Source of the DNA: Octopus sinensis
Lineage: Eukaryota
DNA length: 64,000 nucleotides
Assembly: GCF_006345805.1 (NCBI RefSeq)
Contig: NC_043000.1
Location: 12,586,001-12,650,000 of the forward strand
Direction: 5' to 3'
The translations under genes and the position numbers were made by a program. Of this stretch, positions 28,556 to 40,371 are shown piece after piece. The notes under the pieces were generated by a model that worked only from the letters and a program-made list of their open reading frames with translations, made no database searches and was not told the origin of the DNA. Numbering within the stretch: position 1 is the first letter of the stretch; every line of letters starts with the position of its first letter.

Positions 28556-31500
28556 TTTGGATAATAATGAAACCTACTGATAATTACAGTTATAATAATA
28601 ATAATAAAAATCAACACACAGTTGTCGGCTTGATAAACCTGCCTACAGTTATGATGACCTAAGTGACACAGGTTCAATATCCGGTTGATTCACAAAATTT
28701 TCTTTTTTTTTACATATAGTGAATATTATTTAATTTTATTTATTTTTGTATCCTAATTGCAGCTTGTGCATACGTGTCAACAGGGACAGGAGTAACTGGG
28801 AGGAACGGAGAGGTGGGATTTGTTTTGAAAAAAAAAATGCATCTAGAATTAGAGGTAATAAGAGTGGGGGAGGGTAGGAAAATTGCTAAAGGAATGGTAT
28901 TTCTTATTAGCATCACAGTCAGGAGAAATTGTTGATATCTTCATCATCACTGCCGCTGTTATCATTATGATAATCATCATTATCATCATCATTACCAACC
29001 ATTAGCATCATCATCATCATCATCATCACCATTATAGTTATCATTGTCAGCAGTAACATCATTATCATCATCACCATTTTCATAATTGTTGTCATTATCA
29101 TTATCAGCATCTTTACTATCATCAGCATTGTTACATCATTATCAACAATATCGTCATCATCATCATTGTCATCATCATCATTGTCTTCAAAAGGCTGTTG
29201 TCTGGTGTGACATGGCTCAGAAAAATCTATCTTTTATCTTTTAAAGATAACCTTTTTTATCTTTAACTCTAGTACTTACTTTTTTTTTTATTATAAGCCT
29301 AGCACTTATGTTATTGGTCTCTTCTACTGAACCAGTAAGTTATAACAATGTAAACAAACCAACACTGGTTGTCAAGCAGTAGTGAGAGAGAGAGAGAGAG
29401 GGAGCATGTGTGTGTTACTCTTCGCTTTGACTTCATGTGATAGTTGTGAAATTAATATCACTATCACCCAAGTTGTGCATCCTTTGTTTCCAATCTTCCA
29501 TGGAAACATGTCTGATTTTGAGAACTATTACCTTGCTTGTAAACAGGTAATGGTTGGTAACAAGAAGGTCATCAGGGCACAGAAAATCCACCTCAACAAA
29601 TTCCGTCTGACCCATGCAAGCATCATCTTCATCATCATCCTTTAACGTCCACTTTCCATGCTAGCATGGGTTGGACGATTGACTGAGGTCTGGCGAACCA
29701 GATGGCTGCACCAGATTTTAATCTTGATCTGGCAGAGTTTCTACAGCTGGATGCCCTTCCTAACGGCAACCACTCCGAGAGTGTAGTGAGTGCTAGTGAA
29801 AGTTAAATGATGCAGAAATTGCAGCCTCAGCTAATGCCTGCACTTCGTCAGACACAACATCCTAAGCCCCCACCCCCCATCACCATTGAAGAGGGAATTA
29901 ATAGCAGAAGAATCTCTTGAACAGAGGAATCTGTCCCTCCTGTCACAAAACACAAAAGTGAAAGTGCATATACTCTAATTTGGTTGAATGTTTCCTGCAA
30001 GATAGGATAAACAAGCAGTAGAATACCACAGAAGTGATACAGATGGTAGTAAACTCTACAATCAATGAGGAGCAATTTTTTCTCTCTGAAATTCAGAAAT
30101 TCTGAGTAATATTGAACACTCCTGCTCACAACTTTTCCCAAACCAGACTCTGGATACCTTAACAGGAGCCACAGTTCTGAGACAAAAACTACTGGTCTGC
30201 ATGAATTTCTTTCACCAAACACCTAACTGCAAGCTTACCAACTTATCCTGAAGGACTTCTTGCACTGATTGACACAAAGCAAGAAATTTGGGAAAGATGT
30301 ATAGTTAATTTAATGGACCCCAGTGCTTCAATAGCATGGATCTTATTAACTCTAAAAGAACAAAATGCAAAGTTCTATATTTCAAGTCTTCAACACTAGA
30401 TGTAAAAAGAATGTAAACAAATATTGTATTCAATATTCAAACAATTCTGCCATCAACCAACGATAATAATAATAATAATAATAATGATGATGATGGTGAT
30501 TTCAAATTTTGGTATAAGGCCAGAAATTTTGGGTAGAGGTAAGTTGATTGCATCTCCCCCAGTACTCAACTAGTACTTATTTTATCAATCCCCAAAAGGA
30601 TGAAAGGCAAAGTCAACCACATGATGATGATGATGATAACAATAATAAGTTTATAAAATTAATAATAATAAAATTAATGATAATTTCTGACATAAGTACA
30701 AAATTTAGTTTGTGGGAGAATGTGAGTGTGTGATATTGATGCCATTCCCCAGTTTATTATTAATTAAACTTAAGTGACACAGTTCCAAAAAGAGTTCAGA
30801 GTGACACACACTACACACACACACACACACACACACATGTAGACACACCTAAAGCAGTGCATCTTCATGCTTCATATCCCCACACGTAGACTGACACATG
30901 CACCGTATGCAGAATGACTGCAAACCAGTGCAGCAATGAGTTGATGGGACGGAAATTAACTAATTGTGACTCATTAAGAAAATAAAAATCTGGCAACGGT
31001 GATGGGAGGTGGTAGTGAGGGGGAGGGTGTTGAGAGGAAGCTGTGAGGGAAGGGGGGGTAGAATGTGAGGGTGGCAGTGTGAGGGAGATGTAGATGGTGG
31101 GTGAGAGTTGAAGAAGTTTTGGTTGGGAGGTGGTTCTGAGAATAGTTGTTGGTGGTGGTGGGCAGGAGTGGAGAGGGAAGGTGTTCATCGGTTGTTGCCA
31201 TCGTATCCAAAATCTTCACAAACCATCTTCTCTCACCAACACCACCACCACCACCACCACCACCACCTACTTCCACAGCAGCAGCAGCAGCAGTGCCACC
31301 TCCACCACCACTACAACCACCACCACCACCACCATCATCATCATCACTAGCAGCCACAGCAGCAGCACCATCTCCACCACCTCCACCATCATCACCAGCA
31401 GCCACAGTAGCACCACAACCACCACCACCATCGCTGCTAATATCATCTCAACCACAGCTAACAAACACCTCCACCATCACCACTACCGTCCTCATCAACA

Positions 31501-31836
31501 TCACTCCCACCACCACAACCATCCCCAATATCACTGCCACCACCATCACCACTATTACCATCCCCAATGTCGCCATCACCATCACTGCACTAGTAAACCC
31601 TCCCACCACCACCATGATCACCACCATGAGGCATTGCAAATTAGCTCAACTTGCTAGAAATAGCAGCAAACTCTCTTGCAAATTACACCTGACTATCTTT
31701 GGTATTTAGATTACTCTGTCAAATGGAATGCTTACTTATTCACAGTTTACAATTAATCATGCATTCAGTTCTATATTTAAGAGATGAGGAAGTATTTACA
31801 ACTGACGGATATTTGTCCTCATCTTGTTTGTTGTTA

Positions 31837-31884
31837 ACACAACGTTTCAGCTGATATTTATACCCTCCAGGCTTCATCAGGTGT
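31837..31884 (-). ncRNA. Minimal type I hammerhead-like motif (Penelope/retrozyme type) within a short repeat (~31770-31900)
   Basis: Reverse complement: ACAC CUGAUGA AGC(C)UG..CAGCU GAAACGUU GUGU. Stem I ACAC/GUGU; loopless palindromic stem III ACGU. Confidence 0.6.
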
Positions 31885-32281
31885 CTTGGGGAAATTTCGA
31901 AGTAATGAAACATCATAACTTACAGTGTTAGTTCTGAATTCTGTACAAAATCTAAAGCAATAATCTTTAAAATGAGAATATTGCACTGCTAACACAAAAA
32001 GTAAGACAACATATTGACTTGTAAAACTGTAATGCACTTGACAGTATATTACAATGGTAAAGCAAAATACTGTGTCCTTGCTCATAATTAATACATATAT
32101 ATATATATATATATATATCATCATCATCATCATCATCATCATTTAGCATCCGCTTTCCATGCTAGCATGGGTTGGACGGTTCAACTGGAGTCTGTGAAAC
32201 CAGAAGGCTGCATCAGGCCCTGTCTGATCTGGCAGTGTTTCTACGGCTGGATGCCCTTCCTAACGCCAAAATATATATATA

Positions 32282-32497
32282 TTTCAATATGTGACCGCAT
32301 GTGTATCGTTGGCGATATTTTTCCTCCGTCTTCCCTTCCTTGGATCTTTCCTTTTCCTATGTTTCTGACGAAGAGCTCCGCTCGAAAAGTTAAATCCTCC
32401 TTCTTTCTTTCCTTTCCTGAGCGTCCAATAACACTATACTTGTTCCATGTCCTCACGTTGTTGTGTTTTCCCTTTGTGTTTTCATGTTTGGATTAAC

Positions 32498-32498
<1 letters not shown>
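32282..32498 (+). mobile_element. Short (~200 bp) element carrying a hammerhead-like motif (32361-32395), flanked by (TA)n
   Basis: GUUU CUGACGA A GAGC-ucc-GCUC GAAAAGUU AAAU. Homologous minus-strand copies at ~50300-50430 and ~52452-52636. Confidence 0.6.
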
Positions 32499-32528
<30 letters not shown>

Positions 32529-32651
32529 TAATTAAGGGCTAAAGAGGGTTATTCTAAAGCCAAATACACTGTTTTATCCATATAATCCGCTTGTTACAGG
32601 AAAATTGAAACTGAAAACGGGCAACTAACCTTTAGAAAATTAAATTTCGTT

Positions 32652-32720
32652 ATCTCTATATTGAATCAATTTCGGACTTAATCTTATAAAAAAAAGATAT
32701 ATTCCTTCTTCAGTAGAAAT
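32652..32720 (-). ncRNA. Type I hammerhead ribozyme motif with apparently intact core
   Basis: Reverse complement: AUUUCUA (stem I) CUGAAGA A GGA-auau-AUCUU..AAGAU-uaag-UCC (stem II) GAA A-UUG-auu-CAA-U (stem III) A^ UAGAGAU (stem I', 7 bp with one G-U). Confidence 0.7.
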
Positions 32721-32924
32721 TTCGATGGGATATAAATAAAATACTCACGTATGATCATGGAAAAAGCACAAGCTAAAAACATAACTACACTTGAGTACAT
32801 CACTTATATCTAAAAATAAAAATTCTTTGGTCAGCTTCAGAAAACAACGTCCAGACCTTTCGCCGCTACAAATTGTAATGGTTACCAGTCCTCCTGTAGC
32901 AAGCATCGAGTTTACTACTAAGCA

Positions 32925-33443
32925 ATATAGGATGAAGTCCCTTACTCTACAGCAAAGGAATTCATCAGGAAGCGTGGGCAGTATATTTAAAAAAACCGTT
33001 ACGGTTGCAATACGCTTCCTGATGAATTCCTTTGCTGTAGAGTAAGGGACTTCATCTCTCTCTATATAAACGGCAGTTTGTCTGTGCGTTTTCTGTGTGT
33101 CTGTTTTCTCGTACCCTCACCCTGACCACGGCTTTCAACCGATTCTGATGAAACTTGACACACACATAGCCCAATGTCATAATTCAAAACTAACGCAGCG
33201 AAAATTTTGAAAAGTTCCCCCAGTTCTGAAAAAATCGATAAATTCGACATGGGGTCGAGAATCAGAACCCAAACCACAGACCGTCTAGGGGACGCAACTC
33301 CACCTTTTTTAACTCTCAAAAAAAATTTACCATCATTTTTTTTCCATTTTTTTGCTATTTTTTGCTATAACTCTCTAAAAATGCTTTATAGTTATTTCCC
33401 TTACAAACCTGAGCAACGCCGGGCGATACTGCTAGTCCTATAT
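32925..33443. repeat. ~51-bp perfect inverted repeat (left arm 32925-32975; right arm 33012-33054 plus 33436-33443) split by a Helitron
   Basis: Left arm atataggatgaagtcccttactctacagcaaaggaattcatcaggaagcgt is the exact reverse complement of acgcttcctgatgaattcctttgctgtagagtaagggacttca^tcctatat. Confidence 0.9.
33055..33435 (+). mobile_element. Non-autonomous Helitron (~380 bp), copy 1
   Basis: 5' A^TC...TCTATATAAA start, 3' GC-rich hairpin (cctgagcaacgccggg) and CTAG^T end, no target-site duplication. Near-identical copies at 48993 and 49575. Confidence 0.9.
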
Positions 33444-33892
33444 ATATATTATATATATATATATATAAAATATATAATGAAATTAATTGTATACAGTGCT
33501 CAGGTGCACCACAACTTGTCAGAAAGTGCATATAAAGTACATGCAGTAATGTAGAAATGTCTGGTATGCTATACTAGGCATTGCCAGAACAGCTATGCCA
33601 AAATGTCTCATACACATACAGAAAAACCTAGCCCAAGCACTCCAAATATTTAGATAAATATTATATATTTTTTTGTTCAATGTTATACTTTTATACTATG
33701 TTGCTTTGTTTATAGGTTTCTTTATATATAATCTGAACCTTCTTCGTATTACAATTTCGTTCATCCTATTTCATTGGATACCAACACATCATGTGGTGAA
33801 TTATCAAACAATGAACTGAAGTGAATGAAACAACAAGAACAAGAAAATGAATGAGAAACAGAAAGAAAAATAAAAGACATTGAATTACTTAC

Positions 33893-33965
33893 TGCTGCCT
33901 GAATTATACAAAGCTTTTATAGACTTCTTCATCTTGGTAAGTCCACTTCGGTCATAATCAAGACT
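33893..33965 (-). CDS. Asap: Internal coding exon (probably coding exon 2) of an ASAP1/ASAP2-like ArfGAP (BAR-PH-ArfGAP-ANK-SH3 family); N-terminal BAR domain segment
   Basis: Minus strand reads ...ccttctttatttcattttgcag|AGTCTTGATTATGACCGAAGTGGACTTACCAAGATGAAGAAGTCTATAAAAGCTTTGTATAATTCAGGCAGCA|gtaagt: polypyrimidine tract plus AG acceptor, consensus GTAAGT donor, 73 nt, phase 0 to phase 1. The peptide SLDYDRSGLTKMKKSIKALYNSGS aligns by eye with vertebrate ASAP1 ALDQDRTALQKVKKSVKAIYNSGQ (recalled, not searched). Too short to appear in the ORF track. Confidence 0.9.
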
Positions 33966-34259
33966 CTGCAAAATGAAATAAAGAAGGATTGGTTAATAAA
34001 GAATATGGTAAGATAAGGATTTATAAGTATAAAAAAGATTACACAAATATAAAAATTGAGGGGATAATTATTATCCCCTGATCAACTCTGTCTCAAATCA
34101 TGTTGTCTGAAGATGTAAATGTACAATAAAAATTTCATATTATTTTCTTGCAAATGTTGCGTATATTGTATGTATAGCATAACTGTAAGGAATAAAAAGT
34201 GTCTGTTTACTGAAACGATCATAACATCAATTTGCATTTCTCTTTTCCTCATTTAAATT

Positions 34260-34292
<33 letters not shown>

Positions 34293-35104
34293 GCATGCAT
34301 CTCTGCACATGCGTAGTGATTTCACTTAGGCATAGCAATACTAATGACCAGTTATTGGAACTTAATATACTTATACTTTAGTATTATGATATGCGTGTAC
34401 ACGGGTATAAAATAGTATTACCCAAATAAATATTTGGATTGAGGTTATCTAATATAACCTAACACAGAATTATTATGTTTACACAGAATGCACTCCATAC
34501 TACTCAAATGTAGGTACGATATTAAACCAACACATGTTGATCTAACACAGTAACCAATACGGTTGACCAACACTGTCGACTACTTTCTTTATTTGAGCAC
34601 TCAGGCTTATACACAGAGAAGGACGACACAAGGACAGACAGAACACCACAGTGGGGACAAAAAACATAAAACAAATGGAAAAATCATCATCATCATCATT
34701 GTTTAGCGTCCGTTTCCCATACTAGCATGGGTTGGGCGGTTCAACCGGGGTCTGGGAAGCCAGGAGGCTGCGCCAGGCTCCAGTCGGATCTGGCAGTGTT
34801 TCTACAGCGGGATGCCCTTCCTAACGCCAACCACTCCGTGAGTGTAGTGGGTGCTTTTTACGTGCCACCGGCACAGGGGCCAGAGGAGGTTGGCAAACGG
34901 CCACGATTGGTTGGTGCCTTTTATGTGTCACCAACACGGACGCCAGTCAGGTGATGAAATGGCTGCATACACCCCACTCACATGCAGTACCATTTGAATG
35001 TTCTTACTTTCAGTTTATAATCTTTATCAGTGTTTTTTTTTACTTATTAGCATCATTTTGTTTACTCTTTTTTTCACCTTTTTTTTTAAACAATAATTTA
35101 CTCT

Positions 35105-35239
35105 GGTTGTCCCAAAAGTTCGTAAACACTTGCGAAAATTGAATTTTTACTTGCCAAGTACTAACAAAAACAACAAAAATTATTCCTCAAAATAAAGACC
35201 ATTATTTTCCAAGACTATCTACGAATTTTTGGGACAACC
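35105..35239. mobile_element. Mariner-type MITE (~135 bp)
   Basis: TIRs ggttgtcccaaaagttcgta / tacgaatttttgggacaacc, similar to the TIR of the mariner at 23598. Confidence 0.75.
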
Positions 35240-36652
35240 TTATACCTTATGTATGGCTCTATTTCACTTAGTTCTACTACTGGTGGTAGTTCAAGAAACT
35301 CCACCACGAATCCTGGTAGTTCCACATTACATTATTCCTTCAACTTGCTATATTTTTCCTTGTCGATTAAAATCGCTTTCACATTTTCACCATACATCTC
35401 CTTTGGTAATTTAACCCTTATAACTGATATCAGTTTGGTTATCATTTTTTCTGTATTTACAGTTTTGGCATATGTCACGAAATTCCAACTACATTTTCTC
35501 CGTCTTCCTGCTTGCTTACCATGTTTCACTCCTGGCACCACTTCTTCCATTTCAGTTAGTGTCACCTGTTTCTTCTCGTTTCTGTTCTATTTCCTTGGTT
35601 AAAAAAATCTTCTAGTATTCTAGCTTCTGTCTCTTCATCTTCCATAACCTTCTTTTCTACCTCTTTCTCAACCCCTTTTTCAAACTCCTTTACGACTTCT
35701 TCCTCAGTCCCCTTATCTGCTTCTTTTTTCGTTTTCTGTCTCTCCAGTGGAGAGCCCACTTTTTCCTTCTGCTTTCTTTTTACAACCACTTCAAATTCCT
35801 CTTCTATTCCTGTTGTCTCCTTTTCATCCTCCTTTACCACGTCATTCACCCTCTTGCTCCTCAGACTGTTCCATTTGTTGCTCTTTCTCTTCTCTCTGGG
35901 GGCACCTTGCCTTCATGTGGCCTTTCTCGCCACACAAGAAGTATGTGGGAGGCCTGCTCTCCACCACCACTCTTAATCTCACATCTTCAGGTAATATAAT
36001 TTCTTCTGGAATCTTATTCATGTCACTCACAGTTGTCTACACTGCCATCTTGATTCCGTTACCCCACCAGTTGGCTCTTTACGTTCTTGATACTCTCAGG
36101 ATATTCGCATCCTCCTCCATACTATTCATGACTGCAGAAACCAGCCATATTTCATTCAATTCCGGTGGTACTTTTCCCACCTCTTACTCTAACAACTCAC
36201 TTGTCACAGTATATCGGTAGGAGCACAAACTCTTCTGTTTTTATGGCATCAGTGGAGTGCTTTATCGCTTCGTCTTCACTTGCGAACCACACCTCCACTG
36301 TGCCATATCTTCTTCGTCTTGTTATAAACGTTGTAACCTTTTTGACCTCTTTCGGACTCTTCTCGATATCCTCTATGGTTGCTACTTCAATTTTCCTTGT
36401 TGATACTTTCAGTATTTTGCATATTACTGTTCATTTTTTCACTCCATTTGCTAACTCAAGCGGGGGAGTCAATTTAAGGTTGTGGCCTTCCTTTTCTAAC
36501 AGCCTGCCGCATTCTTTCTGCTTTTTTGGCTCAATTTTAACTTCTTGAACCTCCAAAGTTTCTACTTCTATTCCTCTGCCAGTTTCAGCCGCATAACTGT
36601 TGCTATTTGCTGGTTCAGTTTTCATTACACTTCTTTTTGCCAGTTCTCTCAT
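35240..36652 (-). pseudogene. Decayed gag-like ORF1 of a non-LTR retroelement (L1/Tx1-type ORF1 with CCHC knuckle); no ORF2 follows
   Basis: Stitched minus frames: MRELAKRSVMK...NSYAAE...TVICKILKVSTRKIE...RRRRYGTVEVWFASEDEA...LLPIYC..VVRVR..KVPPE..WLVSAV...VRLRVVVESRPPT(Y)FLCGEKGHMKARCPQ, then a Glu/Lys-rich tail. Several stops and frameshifts. Confidence 0.75.
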
Positions 36653-37282
36653 AAATGGGAAGAAAAAACACAATTCAACAAAAACTCGTTATTAAAACAG
36701 CAATTTCAATAAGGAGCAAAATGTGGTACACCCATGAGGGGAGACCTTTAACAATTATAACAATATCATCACTTCCTTCAACGTAACCAAGAAAAACAAA
36801 TTTCAGTTCTCTGAAATTATTCCAAAAGCTTTCTCCCCCATGCAAACTTGGCAACAGTGTACCACCTTTAACTAAAATCACTTCACTCTTTCTACAATCA
36901 GCCCTTGCCATGGCCATCCAACGAGACTCTCTGTTGAAGTACTTCAATCAAATATTACCTCCCAGAACTGCATTTCACAGGCTGTGGTAACTGCTTAAAG
37001 CTAGAGGCACAGTGATAATGTTAGTGAAAGAGTACACTAGAGATGAGGAGTCTTTTGATGTTGGAAGGTTATTCAGAAGTTAAATGCCATCTGACAAAGC
37101 GGCAGTTCAAAGAATTTTTATGCTGCTAAACCTCTTCTTTTATAAAGCAGATGGTACCAAAATGTAAAAAGAAAAAAATGGCTAAGTGTCAGGATAATCA
37201 TATTAACCATAACCTTTGATCCTTTTGATACTAACCCACCTGGGACTGCCCATAGTTCAATGATAGGAACTTCCTGCTTTAA

Positions 37283-37500
37283 CCTTAAGCATTTAAACTG
37301 GCCACATCCAGCCCAAATATGCAAATTGTTTTACATTCAAGCCAGCCATATCCAGCCTCTCACACCTACCCTACATTGTCATTTGAAAAATAACAATCAT
37401 ATCATCAAACTTTTGAAGCTACAAAATAATGCATGATTAATTCATAGCAATGTGAATAAATAAGCACTAAATTTGATAGAATAATCTGAATGCTAAAAGG
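37283..37500. mobile_element. Second TTAA-type MITE family; a related copy in opposite orientation lies at ~1253-1427
   Basis: TTAA^ccttaagcatt ... aatgctaaaagg^TTAA; internal similarity to the reverse complement of 1253-1427. Confidence 0.65.
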
Positions 37501-37896
37501 TTAAAACAATCTAAATTAAACAATAACATATTATCATCATCATCATTTAGCGTCCGTTTTCCATGCTAGCATGGGTTGGACGGTTCAACTGGGGTCTGTG
37601 AAGCCGGAAGGCCGCATCAGACTCAGTCAGATCTGGCAGTGTTTCTACGGCTGGAAGCTCTTCCTAACGCCAACCACTCCGTGAATGTAGTAGGTGCCAC
37701 CCGCACAGGTGCCAGACGGAGCTGGCAAACGGCCATGAACGGATGGTGCTTTTACGTGCTACATATCTTACTCGTTAATAAGTTCTGGCGGATTCAGATG
37801 TGAATCTAAAAGGAGGAAGTATCATTCAATGATGGAAAACAACCACAATCAGATACAAATCAACCATAATATATTAAGAATGACTAGGTATAATAT

Positions 37897-38200
37897 GTGG
37901 AGGCGCAATGGCCCAGTAGTTAGGGCAGCAGACTCGCAGTCAGAGGATCGCAGTTTCGATTCCCAGACCAGGTGTTGTGCGTGTTTATTGAGTGAAAACA
38001 CTTAGAAGCTCCATGAGGATCCAGCAGGGGGTGGTGGCGACCCCTGTTGTACTCTTTTGCCACAACTTTCTCTCACTCTTTCTTCCTGTTTCTTGAGTAA
38101 CACTGCGATGGACTGGCGTCCTGTCCAGCTGAGGGAACACATATTCCACAGAAACCTGGAAACCAGGCCTGTGAGCCTGGCTAGGCTTGAAAAGGGCGAC
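37897..38200 (+). mobile_element. SINE family B head with a third tail type (gcgatggactggcgtcctgtccag...)
   Basis: Same head; tail related to the minus copy at 27428-27726. Confidence 0.85.
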
Positions 38201-40371
38201 GTTTATCATTTTTAGGTATATTATTGTTTTGATCCATATTGTTTTGTGTACATCTTTGAATTACAAAATTAAAACTTTCCATCCAAATTTCATAGTAATT
38301 TATATTACATATATCACTAGATTAAAATTGGTTTCAAATTTTGGCATAAGGATTGCAATTTCAGGTGAGGGGCTAAGTTGATTACAGCAACCCCAGTGCT
38401 GAACTGGTACTTATTTTACTGGCCCCAAGAGGATGAAAGGCAAAGTTAACCTCAGTGGAATTTGGACTTGAAATGTTAAAACAGACAAACTGCTGCTAAG
38501 CCTTTTGCATAATGTGCTAACAATTCTGCCAGCTTGCCACCTACAGCCAGCTTAATATTGACAAAGTTATTTTACTAAATTCTTTTATTTTCAAAATCAA
38601 TTGATAGAGAGACAATGTATTTTAACAGAAATATGATAAAGAAATGGTTAACTCAATTTTTTTTCTGAAGATCTCTTCAGACTTGTTTTAAATACTTTAT
38701 ACAAGAAATTACAAATAAATAAAGAAATATAAACAGCATTTCTAAAATTTCACAAGTAACTGAAAAGATAGGAATAAATCAGCAAGTGAATGGCAAAGAG
38801 CAAGAATCAGAACAATACATATTCATTCTTAATATATTCAGCAGATTTGAACATGAATATGCTAATCACAGTTGTATTAATAATGAATATGTATATCATC
38901 AATCTGATTTTTGCTGTTCATCATGCACATGACAATTTATTTTCGGTTGGCAGATATAATCACACAGCAGCAAATAATTTGTTTGCTGATAAGAGTTACA
39001 AACACTTATTAAATTCACTGTCTGGTCTAACTTTAGCTGAGGAGATATAACAATGTCAAAACACTGGAGTCCCAAAGTCTCCTTATGTTAATAAATCGAG
39101 TGAGTCATGAACACACATTCATTCGAAGGAAGTTGTTTTGCAATGAAGAAATACAATAGCAATTAACAAAGTCAATTCAAATCTGCCTGAATGTATCAAA
39201 AATGAATACATATGTTCTCGTTTGTCTTAAAAAGATAGGCTTTAAAAAGAAATGGATCAACAAAAATCAGCTGCAAAACTAGGTATTGCCAGGCTGTAAT
39301 GCAGAAGAGAGGAAGTTAAACAAATACAGGAGTCTGAGCAGTCACTATCTGTTTGTGTCAGTCATTGTCAAGACCTCAGGTGTACTCAGCCCTGCATTGT
39401 TCATTTCCTCTGCAAAATAAGGATAACAGCAGCCTGTCTGAGAAATGAGCCCCCCCCCCCCCAAGATGTGGGGGCCATTGCAATGGATATCACTAGCTAT
39501 TCTTTACAGTAAAGTCATTGCAATTATTATCCGCAAGGAGTGGCAGAAACAGCATTTGGACTGGGGTATACAATCTGTTACTTCCTCTCCCCATCTTTTT
39601 CTGCTTAATTCCCCACACCTTTTCTTCTTTTCCTTTTTTTGAGGGGTGGGGGGTCTGGATAATTTGATATTTTATTCTTTTAATTTTTTTATTTTTTTCT
39701 TGCTGTAAAAATATTTTGCTCAATATTTTGATAAATTCTTTTATCAGCAAAAATATATTCCAGCATAATGATTCTTCCCTCAAACATTGTAATTCTTTCA
39801 GAAGGTCGCACTTAGTCTATCAGGAGGTCACAGATCTCCCACCTCTGCGATACACGTTTTCAACATTTCGCAGACTTTTTATCAATAGACATCCAGCAGT
39901 TATTATATCAGACATATTTGATAATAACTAGATAAAATTGCTGCTATACTAAAGATACTATATTAGTAGATATAGATTAGTTGCTGTGCAAGGCAATGCT
40001 GTATCTTCAGGTATACACTAGTTCTTTGAGTAGATATTTCAGAGCCATTGACACCATGATTAATCTTCTAGCATGCATCCACATGTCTAACATTCCGCTT
40101 GTCATATTAAATGTGCCAATGAATTCATATAAAATGGTGTAACTTGCCTACGGCTTAATGCTTAAGCAATCTTAATATTAGTTTCAAGTTTTGACACAAG
40201 GCCAGCAGTTTTAGGAGAGGGGTAAGGTGATTACATCAAACCCAGGGCTCAACTAGTACTCATTTTATTGACTCCAAAAGGATGAAAGCAAGGCCAACCT
40301 TGCTGGAATTTGAGCTCAGAATGCAAAGATGGACAAAATGTCACTATACATTTTACCAGATGTGCTAATGT

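Noticed and set aside
28254-28677. Poly-Arg (protamine-like) and poly-Phe ORFs
   Set aside because: Pure (AAG)n microsatellite.
31130-31709. Pro-rich, Thr-rich and His-rich ORFs resembling formin or mucin segments
   Set aside because: Open in several frames because of (CCA/CAG)n; no splice signals or domain similarity.
33935-33942. Plus-strand GGTAAGT donor-like site inside the exon
   Set aside because: It is the antisense of the GLT codons; no plus-strand exon supports it.
26090-36652. ORF1 relic (36652-35240) and L1/Tx1 ORF2 relic (27990-26090) as one full-length LINE
   Set aside because: Same strand and order, but they are ~7 kb apart with the host exon between them, and the ORF2 part looks more decayed.
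39800-39920. Short minus ORF starting MSDIITAG as candidate ASAP exon 1
   Set aside because: Lacks the conserved SPTTS motif, ends in a stop after ~31 codons and has no suitable donor.
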